A DNA stretch of 64,000 bases from an uncultured Clostridium sp. (GTDB lineage: Bacteria > Bacillota > Clostridia > TANB77 > CAG-508). The translations under genes were made by a program, and so were the position numbers. The notes below the pieces were generated by a model. It saw only the letters and a list, made by a program, of their open reading frames with translations, searched no databases and was not told the DNA's origin. Shown here in pieces: positions 10,449 through 20,577 of the stretch (position 1 is its first letter; every line of letters begins with the position of its first letter). The DNA lies in contig CAOKHI010000002.1 in NCBI GenBank assembly GCA_948468275.1, positions 166 to 64,165 on the forward strand, given 5' to 3'.

Positions 10449-10467
10449 CAGTAGTAAGATTACATAA

Positions 10468-10496
10468 TTGATTTTTGTGTTAAAATTTGTTATAAT
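10468..10496 (+). promoter_or_regulatory. promoter of multi-HTH gene 3
   Basis: Same TTGATT / TGtTATAAT block. Confidence 0.6.
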
Positions 10497-10525
10497 TAGT
10501 TTACAAAAAATATTGGAGGTATGGT

Positions 10526-12355
10526 ATGAGTGCAATAACAGAAGTAACTAAACAAAAACGGTTAAAAAAGGAGGAATTAAAAAAAGATCTAATACTTTTA
10601 TTTAGAACAAATCAAATGCAAATTACCTTTGAAAGTAGTGAAATTAATTATGAGCAACCAATAGGACAGATAATAAGACAAGCAAGGGAAATGCAAGGTC
10701 TTACGTGTAAAGAATTATCAGAATTAAGCGATATATCTAAGGATCAAATATGTAATATTGAATCAGGTAGGACAAAAAATCCAAGTTTATATACTTTAAC
10801 ACAGATAATACAAGCTTTAGAGAATGTAAAAGATATTTGGAAAGGTAACGAAATTGACTATGAGCAACCAATAGGACAGATAATAAAACAAGCAAGGAAA
10901 ATGCAAGGTCTTACATGTAAAGAACTATCAGAATTAAGTAATATATCTGAGAATCAAATATATCGTATTGAATCAGGTAGAACTAAGCAATTACATTTAG
11001 ATATCATAATACGGTTAACACAAGCACTAAAGCTAGATAGAGAAAAACTTATTTCGAAAGGTAACGAAATTAACTATGACCAACCAATAGGCCAAATAAT
11101 TAAACAAGCAAGGGAAATGCAGGCTCTTACGCGTAAAGAACTATCAGAATTAATCGATGTATCTAAGGAGCAAATATATAATATTGAATCAGGTAAAACT
11201 AAGCAACCACAGTTAGATACTAGAAGAAGGTTATTCCAAGCACTAAAGCTAGATAGAGAAAAACTTATTTCGAAAGGTAACGAAATTAACTATGACTTAC
11301 CATTAGGACAAATAGTAAAACGATTAATGGAAATGAAGGGTCTTACGTGTAGAGAACTATCAGAATTAAGTGGTATATCTGAGACTGAAATATATCGTAT
11401 TGAATCAGGTAAGAGAAAATATTCAAGATTATATATTTTAGCACAGATAATACAAGCTTTAAAGAATGTAAAAGATATTTCGAAAACTAGCAAAATTAAT
11501 TATGACCAACCATTAGGACAGATAATAAGACAAGCAAGGGAAATGAAGGGTCTTACGTGTAGAGCACTATCAGAATTAAGCGATATATCTGAGACTCAAA
11601 TATATAATATTGAATCAGGTATAACTAAGCAACCATATTTAGATACTATAATAAGGTTAACAAAAGCACTAAATCTAGATAGTGAAAAACTCATTTCGAA
11701 ATGTAATGAAATTAATTATGACTTACAAGTAGGATCAATAATAAGACAAGCAAGGGAAATGCAAGGTCTTACATGTAAGAAGCTATCAGAAATAAGTGAG
11801 GTATCTACAGCTCAAATATATAGTATTGAATCAGGTAAGACAAAAAAACCAAATTTAGATACCATAATACGGTTAACACAAGCTTTAAATCTAGATGTTG
11901 AAAAACTTACTTCGAAAGGTAATGAAATTAACTATGACTTACAAGTAGGACAAATAATAAGACAAGCAAGAGAAATACAAGGTATTACATGTGAGAAGCT
12001 GTCAGAAATAAGTAAGATATCTATAGCTCAAATATATGATATTGAATTAGGTAAGATAAATCCTATACCTTTAGATACCTTAACACAGTTAACACAAGCT
12101 CTAAGGCTAGATAGCGAAAAACTTATTTTGAAAAATGACAAAATTCAAGTAGGACAAATAATAAGACAAGCAAGGGACAAGCAAGGTCTTACGTGTAAGA
12201 AGCTGTCAGAAATAAGTGAGATATCTATGGTTCAAATATTTAGTATTGAATCAGGTAGAACAAGAAAACCAAAGTTAGATACCATAATAAAGTTAACACG
12301 AGCTCTAAATTTAGAATTAGATCTTGTACTATATGTGCTAAATACCAAATACTAA
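10526..12355 (+). CDS. protein with 8 tandem XRE-type HTH modules
   Basis: 609 aa. Same leader as the paralogs, then eight HTH_XRE-like units, two with a short variant linker (ALENVKDI / ALKNVKDI). Confidence 0.85.
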   Translation: MSAITEVTKQKRLKKEELKKDLILLFRTNQMQITFESSEINYEQPIGQIIRQAREMQGLTCKELSELSDISKDQICNIESGRTKNPSLYTLTQIIQALENVKDIWKGNEIDYEQPIGQIIKQARKMQGLTCKELSELSNISENQIYRIESGRTKQLHLDIIIRLTQALKLDREKLISKGNEINYDQPIGQIIKQAREMQALTRKELSELIDVSKEQIYNIESGKTKQPQLDTRRRLFQALKLDREKLISKGNEINYDLPLGQIVKRLMEMKGLTCRELSELSGISETEIYRIESGKRKYSRLYILAQIIQALKNVKDISKTSKINYDQPLGQIIRQAREMKGLTCRALSELSDISETQIYNIESGITKQPYLDTIIRLTKALNLDSEKLISKCNEINYDLQVGSIIRQAREMQGLTCKKLSEISEVSTAQIYSIESGKTKKPNLDTIIRLTQALNLDVEKLTSKGNEINYDLQVGQIIRQAREIQGITCEKLSEISKISIAQIYDIELGKINPIPLDTLTQLTQALRLDSEKLILKNDKIQVGQIIRQARDKQGLTCKKLSEISEISMVQIFSIESGRTRKPKLDTIIKLTRALNLELDLVLYVLNTKY

Positions 12356-12372
12356 AAACAAAAAAATTTTTT

Positions 12373-12417
12373 ACGAACTAAAACAACCTTACAAGAATTT
12401 GGAGGTTGTTTTAGTTC
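12373..12417 (+). terminator. long hairpin terminator, copy 3
   Basis: Same stem with one mismatch. Confidence 0.55.
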
Positions 12418-12572
12418 ATATATTTATTGGAAAAAAGAATTAACATTTGCTTAATCCAAAAAAAAGAGGAGCTTTTTGATCATCTTTTAGGTTAGACTAT
12501 TAAGTCAAATTATTGACACAAATAAAGGGATATGATAATCTTTAAGAGAGTAAAATAAAAAGGAGATTTGCT

Positions 12573-14303
12573 ATGAATAATTTGCCAGAAAAATATTTTG
12601 ATGCAACTGAGTTTGAGAATATAAAAGAATTAATTTATAATTGTGCTAAAGTGTATGAGAAAAATACAGCTTTTATTATTAAACATAAGGATAATAAAGA
12701 GGTAGAATATGAGTATATTACTTATAAGCAGCTATTAGAAGATGTTAATTGTTTTGGAACAAGTTTATATGAATTAGGATATAAAGGAAAAAGAGTAGCA
12801 ATAGTTGGTAGAAATAAATATGAATGGGTAGTAGCTCATTTAGCAAATCTTTTAGGCGGAATTATTTCTATACCTTTAGATAAAGAATTACAAGTAGATG
12901 AATTAGAAAGTTGTTTGTGTAGAAGTAAAGCAGATGTTGTTATATTTGATGAAAAATATTTAAAAAATATTGAGGAAATAAAAAGTAGAAATAATAGTGA
13001 ATTAAAAGAATATATTTGTATGAATAAAATTGATAACTATAAAAATATACATGATTTAATACAAGAAGGTAGAAGCCATATAAAACAAGGAAAAAATGAA
13101 TATATAGATGCTAAAATAGATTCATATAATATGTCTATATTATTATTTACATCTGGAACAACCTCAAAATCTAAAGCAGTAATGTTATCTCAAAATAACA
13201 TTACATCAAATGTATATGCAATGCAATTAGTAGAAAAATTTTATACAACAGATGTAAACTTAGCATTTTTACCATTCCATCATATTTTTGGTTCAACAGA
13301 AATGATAGTAATGCTTGCTTGTGGAGTTCCAATAGCATTTCCAGATGGATTAAGATATATAGCTCAAAACTTAAGAGAATATAAAGTATCTGTATTTGTA
13401 GGAGTTCCAATATTAATAGAAAGTATATACAAAAAAATAGAAAAAGAAGTAGAAAAACAAGGAAAAGAAAAAGTAGTAAATATAGCAAAAAAAGTTAGTA
13501 ATGTATTTTTAAAATGTAAAATAGATATTAGAAAAAAATTATTTAAGTCTATATTAGATGCATTAGGTGGACATATGCGTTTTGTAATATCAGGTGGAGC
13601 ACCATTAGATAAGAAAGTTGCAAAAGGATTTAATGAACTTGGAATAAAAATTGTTCAAGGATATGGATTAACAGAAACATCACCAGTTATTGCAGCTGAA
13701 AACGATAAAAAAGTAAAATATGGTTCTGTTGGATTTCCTATGTATAATGTGCAAATAGAATTAGAAAACAAAGATGAAAATGGTATAGGAGAAATAAAAG
13801 CAAAAGGACCAAATGTAATGCTTGGATATTATGAAAATGAAGAAGAAACAAAAAAAGTACTAAAAGATGGATGGTTTTATACAGGAGATTTAGGATATTT
13901 TGATAAAGAAGGTTATTTATTTATAACAGGAAGACGAAAAGATATGATAGTACTAAAAAATGGAAAAAAAGTATTTCCAGAAGAATTAGAAACATTAGTA
14001 AATAGAATAGATGTTGTAGAAGAATGTATGGTGTTTGCATTGCCAGATGGAAGGGACAAAAATGATGTAAAACTTTCTGTAAAAGTAGTGTACAATAAAG
14101 ATGAAGTAAATGAAAAGTATCCTAATATTACAATAGAAGAATTACAAAAAAATATATGGAATCAAATAAAAGAAATAAACAAAACTTTACCACCATATAA
14201 ATATATAAAAAATATGATATTAACTAATGAAGAATTAATAAAAACTACAACAAAGAAAGTAAAAAGAAATGAAGAAATGAAAATAATTTTGGGAACAAAT
14301 TAA
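12573..14303 (+). CDS. long-chain fatty acid--CoA ligase (AMP-binding family)
   Basis: FTSGTTSKSKAVMLS AMP-binding motif, GYGLTETS, YTGDLG...GRRKD. Confidence 0.85.
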   Translation: MNNLPEKYFDATEFENIKELIYNCAKVYEKNTAFIIKHKDNKEVEYEYITYKQLLEDVNCFGTSLYELGYKGKRVAIVGRNKYEWVVAHLANLLGGIISIPLDKELQVDELESCLCRSKADVVIFDEKYLKNIEEIKSRNNSELKEYICMNKIDNYKNIHDLIQEGRSHIKQGKNEYIDAKIDSYNMSILLFTSGTTSKSKAVMLSQNNITSNVYAMQLVEKFYTTDVNLAFLPFHHIFGSTEMIVMLACGVPIAFPDGLRYIAQNLREYKVSVFVGVPILIESIYKKIEKEVEKQGKEKVVNIAKKVSNVFLKCKIDIRKKLFKSILDALGGHMRFVISGGAPLDKKVAKGFNELGIKIVQGYGLTETSPVIAAENDKKVKYGSVGFPMYNVQIELENKDENGIGEIKAKGPNVMLGYYENEEETKKVLKDGWFYTGDLGYFDKEGYLFITGRRKDMIVLKNGKKVFPEELETLVNRIDVVEECMVFALPDGRDKNDVKLSVKVVYNKDEVNEKYPNITIEELQKNIWNQIKEINKTLPPYKYIKNMILTNEELIKTTTKKVKRNEEMKIILGTN

Positions 14304-14526
14304 AATATATTTATTATTACTTGATATAGCGATTTCTTTGAAGATTTAATTGTATATTAACAGTATAAAAATTTTCAAAGGGTATGCTATATCAGATGTA
14401 ATCTCGATTATAAATCGAAGGATAAAGTGTAAGTTTTTTATTTAATACTATGCTTAACAAAGATTTTTCATTAATTTACTCTAATTTTAAGTAATAAAAA
14501 AGCAACACATAAGTGTTGTTTTTTTA

Positions 14527-14715
14527 CTAATTTTCTTCAGTTTGACCTTCTAAAACTTTTTTACCATTATAGTATCCACAATTAGAACAAGCTGTATGTT
14601 GCATAACTGGTTCATGACAATGTGGGCAAGTAGCATAATTTGGTTTACCTAATTTCCAAGTAGATCTTTTTAAACCAGTTCTTGCTTTTGACCATCTTCT
14701 TTTTGGTTGTGCCAT
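14527..14715 (-). CDS. rpmF: 50S ribosomal protein L32
   Basis: MAQPKRRWSKARTGLKRSTWKL... with CxxC...CxxC zinc ribbon. AAGGAGGG RBS. The longer ORF in the track starts upstream of the RBS. Confidence 0.9.
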   Translation of the reverse strand: MAQPKRRWSKARTGLKRSTWKLGKPNYATCPHCHEPVMQHTACSNCGYYNGKKVLEGQTEEN

Positions 14716-14787
14716 TTTAATTCCCTCCTTGTAACTTGAGATATTTATATATCTTTTTGAAATTTGCTTTTTTAAATTCACCTTAAA

Positions 14788-14816
14788 AGTATACTAATTA
14801 TTTTTGACTTTGTCAA
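14788..14816 (-). promoter_or_regulatory. rpmF promoter
   Basis: On the minus strand: TTGACA, 17 nt spacer, TATACT. Confidence 0.55.
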
Positions 14817-14981
14817 CAGGAATATTAAATTTTTTTCAAAAATGCTAGATATTGAGCTTTTTTTGTGCTATAATATATAGATAAGTGTTATACAAAAGAT
14901 TTCTCATATTCACTAATTAGTGAAAAAGCTATATCTCCAACTAGCTTTTTTATAAATACTAACAAGAAAGGAGAAAAGGCT

Positions 14982-15182
14982 ATGAGATTACAGCCAATTA
15001 CCAATGGGCAAGCAATGATAGTTTGCTTAGTGGTTTTGGCAGTAAGTGCAGTTGCTTGCGTCAAAGTTATTTTAGATGCAAAAGATAGCTGGAAAAGAGG
15101 AGAAAAAGGTAACTTCGTAAAACAAGTTTTTAATTCTCTTAGATTAGTGGTTTTAATTGTACTTATTGCCAATCTGATGTAG
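14982..15182 (+). CDS. small two-TM membrane protein, unknown function
   Basis: 66 aa, AAGGAGA RBS, extended -10 TGcTATAAT at 14866-14874, leader hairpin plus T-run at about 14925-14953. Locally elevated GC. Confidence 0.45.
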   Translation: MRLQPITNGQAMIVCLVVLAVSAVACVKVILDAKDSWKRGEKGNFVKQVFNSLRLVVLIVLIANLM

Positions 15183-15183
15183 C

Positions 15184-15213
15184 AAGGGCGGGGGCTTTTT
15201 AGCCTCCGCCTTT
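15184..15213 (+). terminator. GC-rich hairpin
   Basis: aagggcgggggct-tttt-agcctccgccttt directly after the stop codon. Confidence 0.65.
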
Positions 15214-15318
15214 GCAATGCATTATGATTATTTGTAAAATATTACAGAATTTTTTTGTATTTGTAAAAAATGTGCAAATATGGTAAAATGACTTAAATAA
15301 AAGTAAAGAAGGTGCAAT

Positions 15319-15822
15319 ATGTGTGTTAATAAAAGATTAGATAAGATAAATTATTATTTAGATATAGCAGAAACAGTAGCTAAAAGAGGAACATGTTTAA
15401 GGAAAAATTTTGGTTGTATTATTGTAAAAAATGATGAAATAATTTCAACCGGATATAGTGGTGCACCACGAGGAAGAATTAATTGTATAGATTTAGGATA
15501 TTGTACTAAAAAGCGAAAATTTCCTGAAATACGACATGGTGGATATGATGCATGTAGATCAGTTCATGCTGAGCAAAATGCAATGCTTAGTGCTTCACGA
15601 AAAGATATGATAGGTGCAACAATGTATTTAGTAGGTAAAAGAACTGATACAGGTGAATATGAACCAGGTGCAAATTCATGTCAAATGTGTAGAAAGCTTA
15701 TAATTAATGCAGGAATAAAACAAATAATAATAAGAGGACAAAAACAAGGAGAATATTTAACAGTAGATATAACAGATTGGGTAGAGCATGATGACTTATT
15801 AGAAGGCAAAATAACATATTAA
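15319..15822 (+). CDS. comEB: dCMP deaminase (ComEB family)
   Basis: HAEQNA zinc/catalytic motif and SCQMC (PCxxC-type) motif, 167 aa. Confidence 0.85.
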   Translation: MCVNKRLDKINYYLDIAETVAKRGTCLRKNFGCIIVKNDEIISTGYSGAPRGRINCIDLGYCTKKRKFPEIRHGGYDACRSVHAEQNAMLSASRKDMIGATMYLVGKRTDTGEYEPGANSCQMCRKLIINAGIKQIIIRGQKQGEYLTVDITDWVEHDDLLEGKITY

Positions 15823-16089
15823 ATTAATTATGAAACTATGGATAACAAATGTTAATGTTTTCAACTTATTTTTAAATGTAGTAGTAGGAATAGCAATTTT
15901 TTTGATTATGATATACACAAAATAATATGTTTAGAATTTACAGTACTATTCTAATGAAAATAAATTATATTTTAGCAGTATTGTGTAAATACAAATTTTA
16001 CCACAACGAATTGACAAAATTTACATAATATGATATAGTGAGATATGTAACTAGATTATATTATGTTCAATTAGTCGAAAGGAGACAAA

Positions 16090-16401
16090 ATGGAGTTTAA
16101 ATTAGTAAGTGAGAAGAAGATTTATAGTACAAAACGGTATAGTTTTAGCTTAGAAGGATTGAAAGGGCAACTAACATTGAAGTTTCATGGTTCTGTTAAG
16201 CCAACTATAAAGGATTGTGCCCAAATAATTTTTAAATTATTTGAAAATTGCAATAAGGAAGTAACTAGTATAGTTGTTGAAGTACAAGGTTGCATAACAT
16301 GCCAGAAGGTTGAGCTTCTAAAAACAGATAATGAGTCAGATATTATATTTAAACTAAGTGATGTTGTTGTTATATTACCTCCTAAAAAGATAATCGACTA
16401 A
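16090..16401 (+). CDS. hypothetical protein
   Basis: 103 aa ORF with AAGGAGA RBS and a downstream hairpin. No recognisable motif. Confidence 0.45.
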   Translation: MEFKLVSEKKIYSTKRYSFSLEGLKGQLTLKFHGSVKPTIKDCAQIIFKLFENCNKEVTSIVVEVQGCITCQKVELLKTDNESDIIFKLSDVVVILPPKKIID

Positions 16402-16416
16402 AAAGATTTAGAGAAT

Positions 16417-16446
16417 GCGAAACCATGAAAATTTTCACGGTTTCGC
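16417..16446 (+). terminator. hairpin terminator
   Basis: gcgaaaccatgaaaa / ttttcacggtttcgc, 15 bp stem with one mismatch. Confidence 0.6.
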
Positions 16447-16580
16447 ATTCGCGCTTTGTAGATAAACAATTCAAATTTATTGACTAAACAATTAAATTAA
16501 CCATTAAAGAATTTTAAATTTTGATTGACTATATTATAGAATTAGTATAGAATATCATTATAGAAAAAGAGGTGAGAGTG

Positions 16581-17903
16581 ATGTCTAAGCCAATAGTTGC
16601 AATAGTTGGTAGACCAAATGTTGGAAAATCAACATTTTTTAATTATATAATTGGAAGTCGTCTTTCTATTGTTGAAGATAAACCAGGTGTTACAAGAGAT
16701 AGAGTATATGCAAATACAAATTGGCGTGGAAGAGATTTTACTGTAATAGACACAGGAGGAATAGATACAGATAGTTCAGATTTAATAACAACAGAAATTG
16801 CAAACCAAGCAAATATTGCAATAAACTTAGCTGATGTTGTAATATTTTTAACAGATATAAAACAAGGTGTTACACAAATAGATAAAGAGATAGCATTAAT
16901 TTTGAAAAAATCTTTAAAACCAATTATACTTGTATGCAATAAAGCAGATAATTATGGTAAAACATCTGATGATATATATGAATTTTATAATTTAGGTTTA
17001 GGGGAACCATATCCACTATCTGCTACAAATGCAATTGGGATTGGGGACATATTAGATGCAATATATGAACAATTTCCAAAAGAAGATGTAAATGAAAATG
17101 ATGAAGAAATTATTAAAGTTGCAATAATAGGAAAACCAAATGTAGGAAAATCTTCTTTAGTAAATAAAATATTAAATGAACAAAGAGTAATAGTTAGTAA
17201 TATTGCAGGAACAACAAGAGATGCTATAGATTCATACTATGAAAATGAATTTGGAAAGTATATATTTATAGACACAGCAGGTATTAGAAAAAAAAGTAAA
17301 ATATATGAATCAATAGAAAAGTTTAGTGTTATGAGAACACAGCTTGCTATACAAAGAGCAGATGTATGTTTAATGATGATAGATGCAACAGAAGGTGTAA
17401 CAGAGCAAGATGCAAAAATAGCAGGTCAAGCACATGAAGAAGGTAAAGGAATAATTTTAGTAATAAATAAATGGGATGAGATAGAAAAAGATACATATAC
17501 AATAGAACAATTTAAAAAAGATGTATACAACAAATTGTCTTACCTAACATATGCACCAATAATATTTATATCTGCAAAAACAGGACAAAGAGTAAATAAA
17601 TTATATGAAATGATAAATAATGTAGCAAATCAAAATGCAATGAGAGTTTCAACATCAATGCTAAATCAAGTTCTAAATGAAGCAATAGCAATAGTACAAC
17701 CACCAACAGATAAAGGCAAAAGATTAAAAATATATTATATGACTCAAGCTACTACTAAACCACCAACTTTTGTAGTTTTTGTTAACAATAAAGACCTCTT
17801 TCACTTTTCATATGAAAGATACTTAGTAAATCAAATAAGAAAAGAATTTGGAATGCAAGGAACACCAATAAGGATAATAACAAGAGAAAAAGGAGGAATG
17901 TAA
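16581..17903 (+). CDS. der: ribosome biogenesis GTPase Der (EngA)
   Basis: Two G domains (GRPNVGKST and GKPNVGKSS; DTGG/DTAG; NKAD/NKWD) plus a KH-like C-terminus. ATG 16581 preferred over the upstream GTG. Confidence 0.92.
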   Translation: MSKPIVAIVGRPNVGKSTFFNYIIGSRLSIVEDKPGVTRDRVYANTNWRGRDFTVIDTGGIDTDSSDLITTEIANQANIAINLADVVIFLTDIKQGVTQIDKEIALILKKSLKPIILVCNKADNYGKTSDDIYEFYNLGLGEPYPLSATNAIGIGDILDAIYEQFPKEDVNENDEEIIKVAIIGKPNVGKSSLVNKILNEQRVIVSNIAGTTRDAIDSYYENEFGKYIFIDTAGIRKKSKIYESIEKFSVMRTQLAIQRADVCLMMIDATEGVTEQDAKIAGQAHEEGKGIILVINKWDEIEKDTYTIEQFKKDVYNKLSYLTYAPIIFISAKTGQRVNKLYEMINNVANQNAMRVSTSMLNQVLNEAIAIVQPPTDKGKRLKIYYMTQATTKPPTFVVFVNNKDLFHFSYERYLVNQIRKEFGMQGTPIRIITREKGGM

Positions 17904-17905
17904 AA

Positions 17906-18535
17906 ATGACAATATATATAGTAATTGCAATTATTGCATATGCAATAGGAAGTATTAGTTTTTCTGTAATATTTAGTAGAAAATTTGCAGGATTTGATGT
18001 TAGACAAAAAGGAAGTGGGAATGCTGGTTCAACAAATGTTTTGCGAACAGTTGGAAAAAAAGCAGCTATATTAACTTTATTATGTGATGCTTTAAAAGGT
18101 GTAGTAGCTGTTTTAATAGCTGTAATTGCAGGTATAATAATAAAAGAAGCAGATAGTTCATTATTAGTACAAATAGCTGCTATTGCTGTAATATTAGGGC
18201 ATACTTTTCCTATATTTTTTGAATTTAAAGGTGGAAAAGGTGTTGCAACATCATTAGGAGTATTACTTATAGTAAATTGGCAAATGGGATTAATTTGTTT
18301 AGTATTTGCACTTATTATAATGGCTTTAACAAGAATGGTATCAGCAGGTTCTGTTGTTGCAGCTATATTATTTCCTGTTTTAACATTATTTTTGGGTCAA
18401 GAGCATTTTATAGCTAGTGGAAATTATTTTGTTTTTAGTATAATTATGACATTAATTGTTATGTTTAATCATAGAACTAATATAGGAAGAATATTAAATG
18501 GAACAGAAAATAAATTGAGTTTTAAAAAGAAATAA
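17906..18535 (+). CDS. plsY: glycerol-3-phosphate acyltransferase PlsY
   Basis: SGNAGSTNVLR and FKGGKGVAT motifs, polytopic membrane protein, conserved der-plsY-gpsA order. Confidence 0.92.
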   Translation: MTIYIVIAIIAYAIGSISFSVIFSRKFAGFDVRQKGSGNAGSTNVLRTVGKKAAILTLLCDALKGVVAVLIAVIAGIIIKEADSSLLVQIAAIAVILGHTFPIFFEFKGGKGVATSLGVLLIVNWQMGLICLVFALIIMALTRMVSAGSVVAAILFPVLTLFLGQEHFIASGNYFVFSIIMTLIVMFNHRTNIGRILNGTENKLSFKKK

Positions 18536-18550
18536 TTAGGGGGAATAATT

Positions 18551-19534
18551 TTGAAAACAATAGCAATAATAGGTAGTGGAAGCTGGGGAGTAGCATTAGC
18601 TACGCATTTGGCAAATGCTGGAAATAAAGTGAAATTGTGGTCTTTTTCAAAGGAAGAAGCAAATCTTATTAATAATGAAAAAAAATGCAAATTTTTACCA
18701 CAAATAATTTTACCAAATAATATAGAATGTTATACAGATTACAAATCTACAATAGAAGGTTCTGAATTAGTATTACATGTTACACCTTCTAAGTTTACAA
18801 GAGATACTATAAGGCAATATAAAGAATATATAGATGAACAGCCAATAATTATGTGTTCTAAAGGTTTTGAAAAGGAAACTTTATTTACATTAGATGAAGT
18901 TATAAAAGATGAACTTCCAAATAAAAAATATGGAGTTTTATCAGGTCCTAGTCACGCAGAAGAAGTATCTAGACAAATTCCAACAGCAATGGTTGTTGCA
19001 TCTGAATATGAAGATGTAAAACAAATGGTTCAAGACATTTTTATGAATGAAAAAATGAGAATATATACATCTTGTGATGTAAAAGGTGTCGAGCTTGGTG
19101 GAGCATTAAAAAATATAATAGCTTTTTGTGCAGGAATTTCATCTGAATTAGGATTAGGAGATAATTCTTTTGCAGCATTAATAACAAGAGGATTAAATGA
19201 AATAAATCGTTTAGGAACTAAAATGAATGGAAATAAAGATACATTTTATGGTTTAACTGGTCTTGGAGATTTAATAGTAACATGTTTAAGTGAACATAGT
19301 AGAAATAGAAAAGCTGGAAAATTAATAGGTGCTGGAAAAAGTATTGAAGAAGTAAGAAAAGAAGTAGGTATGACAATTGAAAGTATAGATAATATTGAAG
19401 TTGCATATGAACTTAGTAAAAAATATAATATAGAAATGCCAATAGTTAATGCAGTGTATGATGTATTATATAATAATTTAAATCCAAATGAAGCTGTTAC
19501 AATTCTAATGACACGTGATAAAAAAGCTGAATAA
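18551..19534 (+). CDS. gpsA: NAD(P)H-dependent glycerol-3-phosphate dehydrogenase
   Basis: GSGSWG Rossmann motif, LSGPSHAEEV, GALKNIIA, TTG start. Confidence 0.92.
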   Translation: MKTIAIIGSGSWGVALATHLANAGNKVKLWSFSKEEANLINNEKKCKFLPQIILPNNIECYTDYKSTIEGSELVLHVTPSKFTRDTIRQYKEYIDEQPIIMCSKGFEKETLFTLDEVIKDELPNKKYGVLSGPSHAEEVSRQIPTAMVVASEYEDVKQMVQDIFMNEKMRIYTSCDVKGVELGGALKNIIAFCAGISSELGLGDNSFAALITRGLNEINRLGTKMNGNKDTFYGLTGLGDLIVTCLSEHSRNRKAGKLIGAGKSIEEVRKEVGMTIESIDNIEVAYELSKKYNIEMPIVNAVYDVLYNNLNPNEAVTILMTRDKKAE

Positions 19535-19585
19535 TATTAGAAAATCTACCAATACTAAGATTAAGTATTTTGGAGGTATAAAGAA

Positions 19586-20017
19586 ATGGATTTTTTTGAT
19601 AAGTTAGGTCAAAAGGCAACACAAACATATAAATATACTACTGAAAAAACATCAAAAATAGCTAAAGAGGCTAAATTAAAGATGGCTATGAATGAACATA
19701 AAGATAGTATTGAAGAAATATATACAGAAATAGGAAAAAAGATATATCAAAATCATATAGCTAAAGAAGATGTTGATATAGATATAACATTAGAGCTAGA
19801 AGAATATTGCATACAAATAGATGAACTATCAGATAGAATAGAAGAAGAAAGAAAAGAATTATTAAAATTAAAGAATAAAAAGCAATGTACAAATTGCTAT
19901 TATGAAATTCAAAATGATTATAATTACTGCCCCAATTGTGGTAAAACACAGCAAGATATAGAGGAAGTTAATGATAAAACAGATGAAAATATGGATAATA
20001 TAGTTGAAGAAGAATAA
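19586..20017 (+). CDS. zinc-ribbon domain protein
   Basis: Coiled-coil N-terminus and C-terminal CTNC...CPNC ribbon. Followed by the hairpin ttgtgagtacta...tagtactcacaa. Confidence 0.6.
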   Translation: MDFFDKLGQKATQTYKYTTEKTSKIAKEAKLKMAMNEHKDSIEEIYTEIGKKIYQNHIAKEDVDIDITLELEEYCIQIDELSDRIEEERKELLKLKNKKQCTNCYYEIQNDYNYCPNCGKTQQDIEEVNDKTDENMDNIVEEE

Positions 20018-20080
20018 TTTTTTTAGTTGTGAGTACTATAAACAATAGTACTCACAATATAAAAATTTGAAGGAGTAAAT

Positions 20081-20518
20081 ATGAAGTTAGTTATACAAAA
20101 AGTATCAAAAGCAGATGTAACAGTAAATAATGAAGTGGTAGGAAAAATAAATAAAGGATTTGTAGTACTATTAGGAATATCTAATTTTGATACAGAAGAA
20201 AAAGCTGATTATTTAATAAAAAAACTCTATAATTTAAGAGTTTTTGAGGATGAAAATAAAAAAATGAATTTGTCTTTAAAAGATGTAGCAGGAGAATTAT
20301 TAATTATTTCACAATTTACATTATTTGCAGATTGTTCAAGAGGAAATAGACCAAGTTTTACAGATGCAGGAAAGCCAGAAGTTGCTAAAAATTTATATGA
20401 ATATTTTATACAAGAATGCAAAAAACTTGGTTTAAAGGTAGAAACAGGAATTTTTGGAGAACATATGCAAGTTAGTTTAATTAATGATGGACCAGTTACC
20501 ATATTAATTGAAAAATAG
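20081..20518 (+). CDS. dtd: D-aminoacyl-tRNA deacylase
   Basis: MKLVIQKV..., [14 protein letters not shown] motifs, 145 aa. Confidence 0.9.
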   Translation: MKLVIQKVSKADVTVNNEVVGKINKGFVVLLGISNFDTEEKADYLIKKLYNLRVFEDENKKMNLSLKDVAGELLIISQFTLFADCSRGNRPSFTDAGKPEVAKNLYEYFIQECKKLGLKVETGIFGEHMQVSLINDGPVTILIEK

Positions 20519-20577
20519 TTAATTAATATTTAAAGTTAATTATCTGCTATATAATAAAAATAAATTTAAGTGAATTT

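Noticed and set aside
8156-11869. Idea that CGG is an unassigned codon in this genome, which would force frameshifting everywhere.
   Set aside because: In-frame CGG occurs in the HTH paralogs at positions aligned with AGG/AGA (Arg) in sister modules (e.g. IIRLT, KQKRL), and in ORFs at 16135, 30281 and 48932. CGG therefore appears to be decoded as Arg. Any recoding would have to be context-specific (CGG-A).
14888-15217. 109 aa minus-strand ORF.
   Set aside because: It is antisense to a better-supported small + strand gene with an RBS and promoter, runs through a terminator hairpin, and has no RBS.
15829-15924. 31 aa hydrophobic mini-ORF (MKLWITNVNVFNLFLNVVVGIAIFLIMIYTK) after comEB.
   Set aside because: No recognisable RBS or promoter. 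It could be a real small membrane peptide, but the sequence alone does not support a call.
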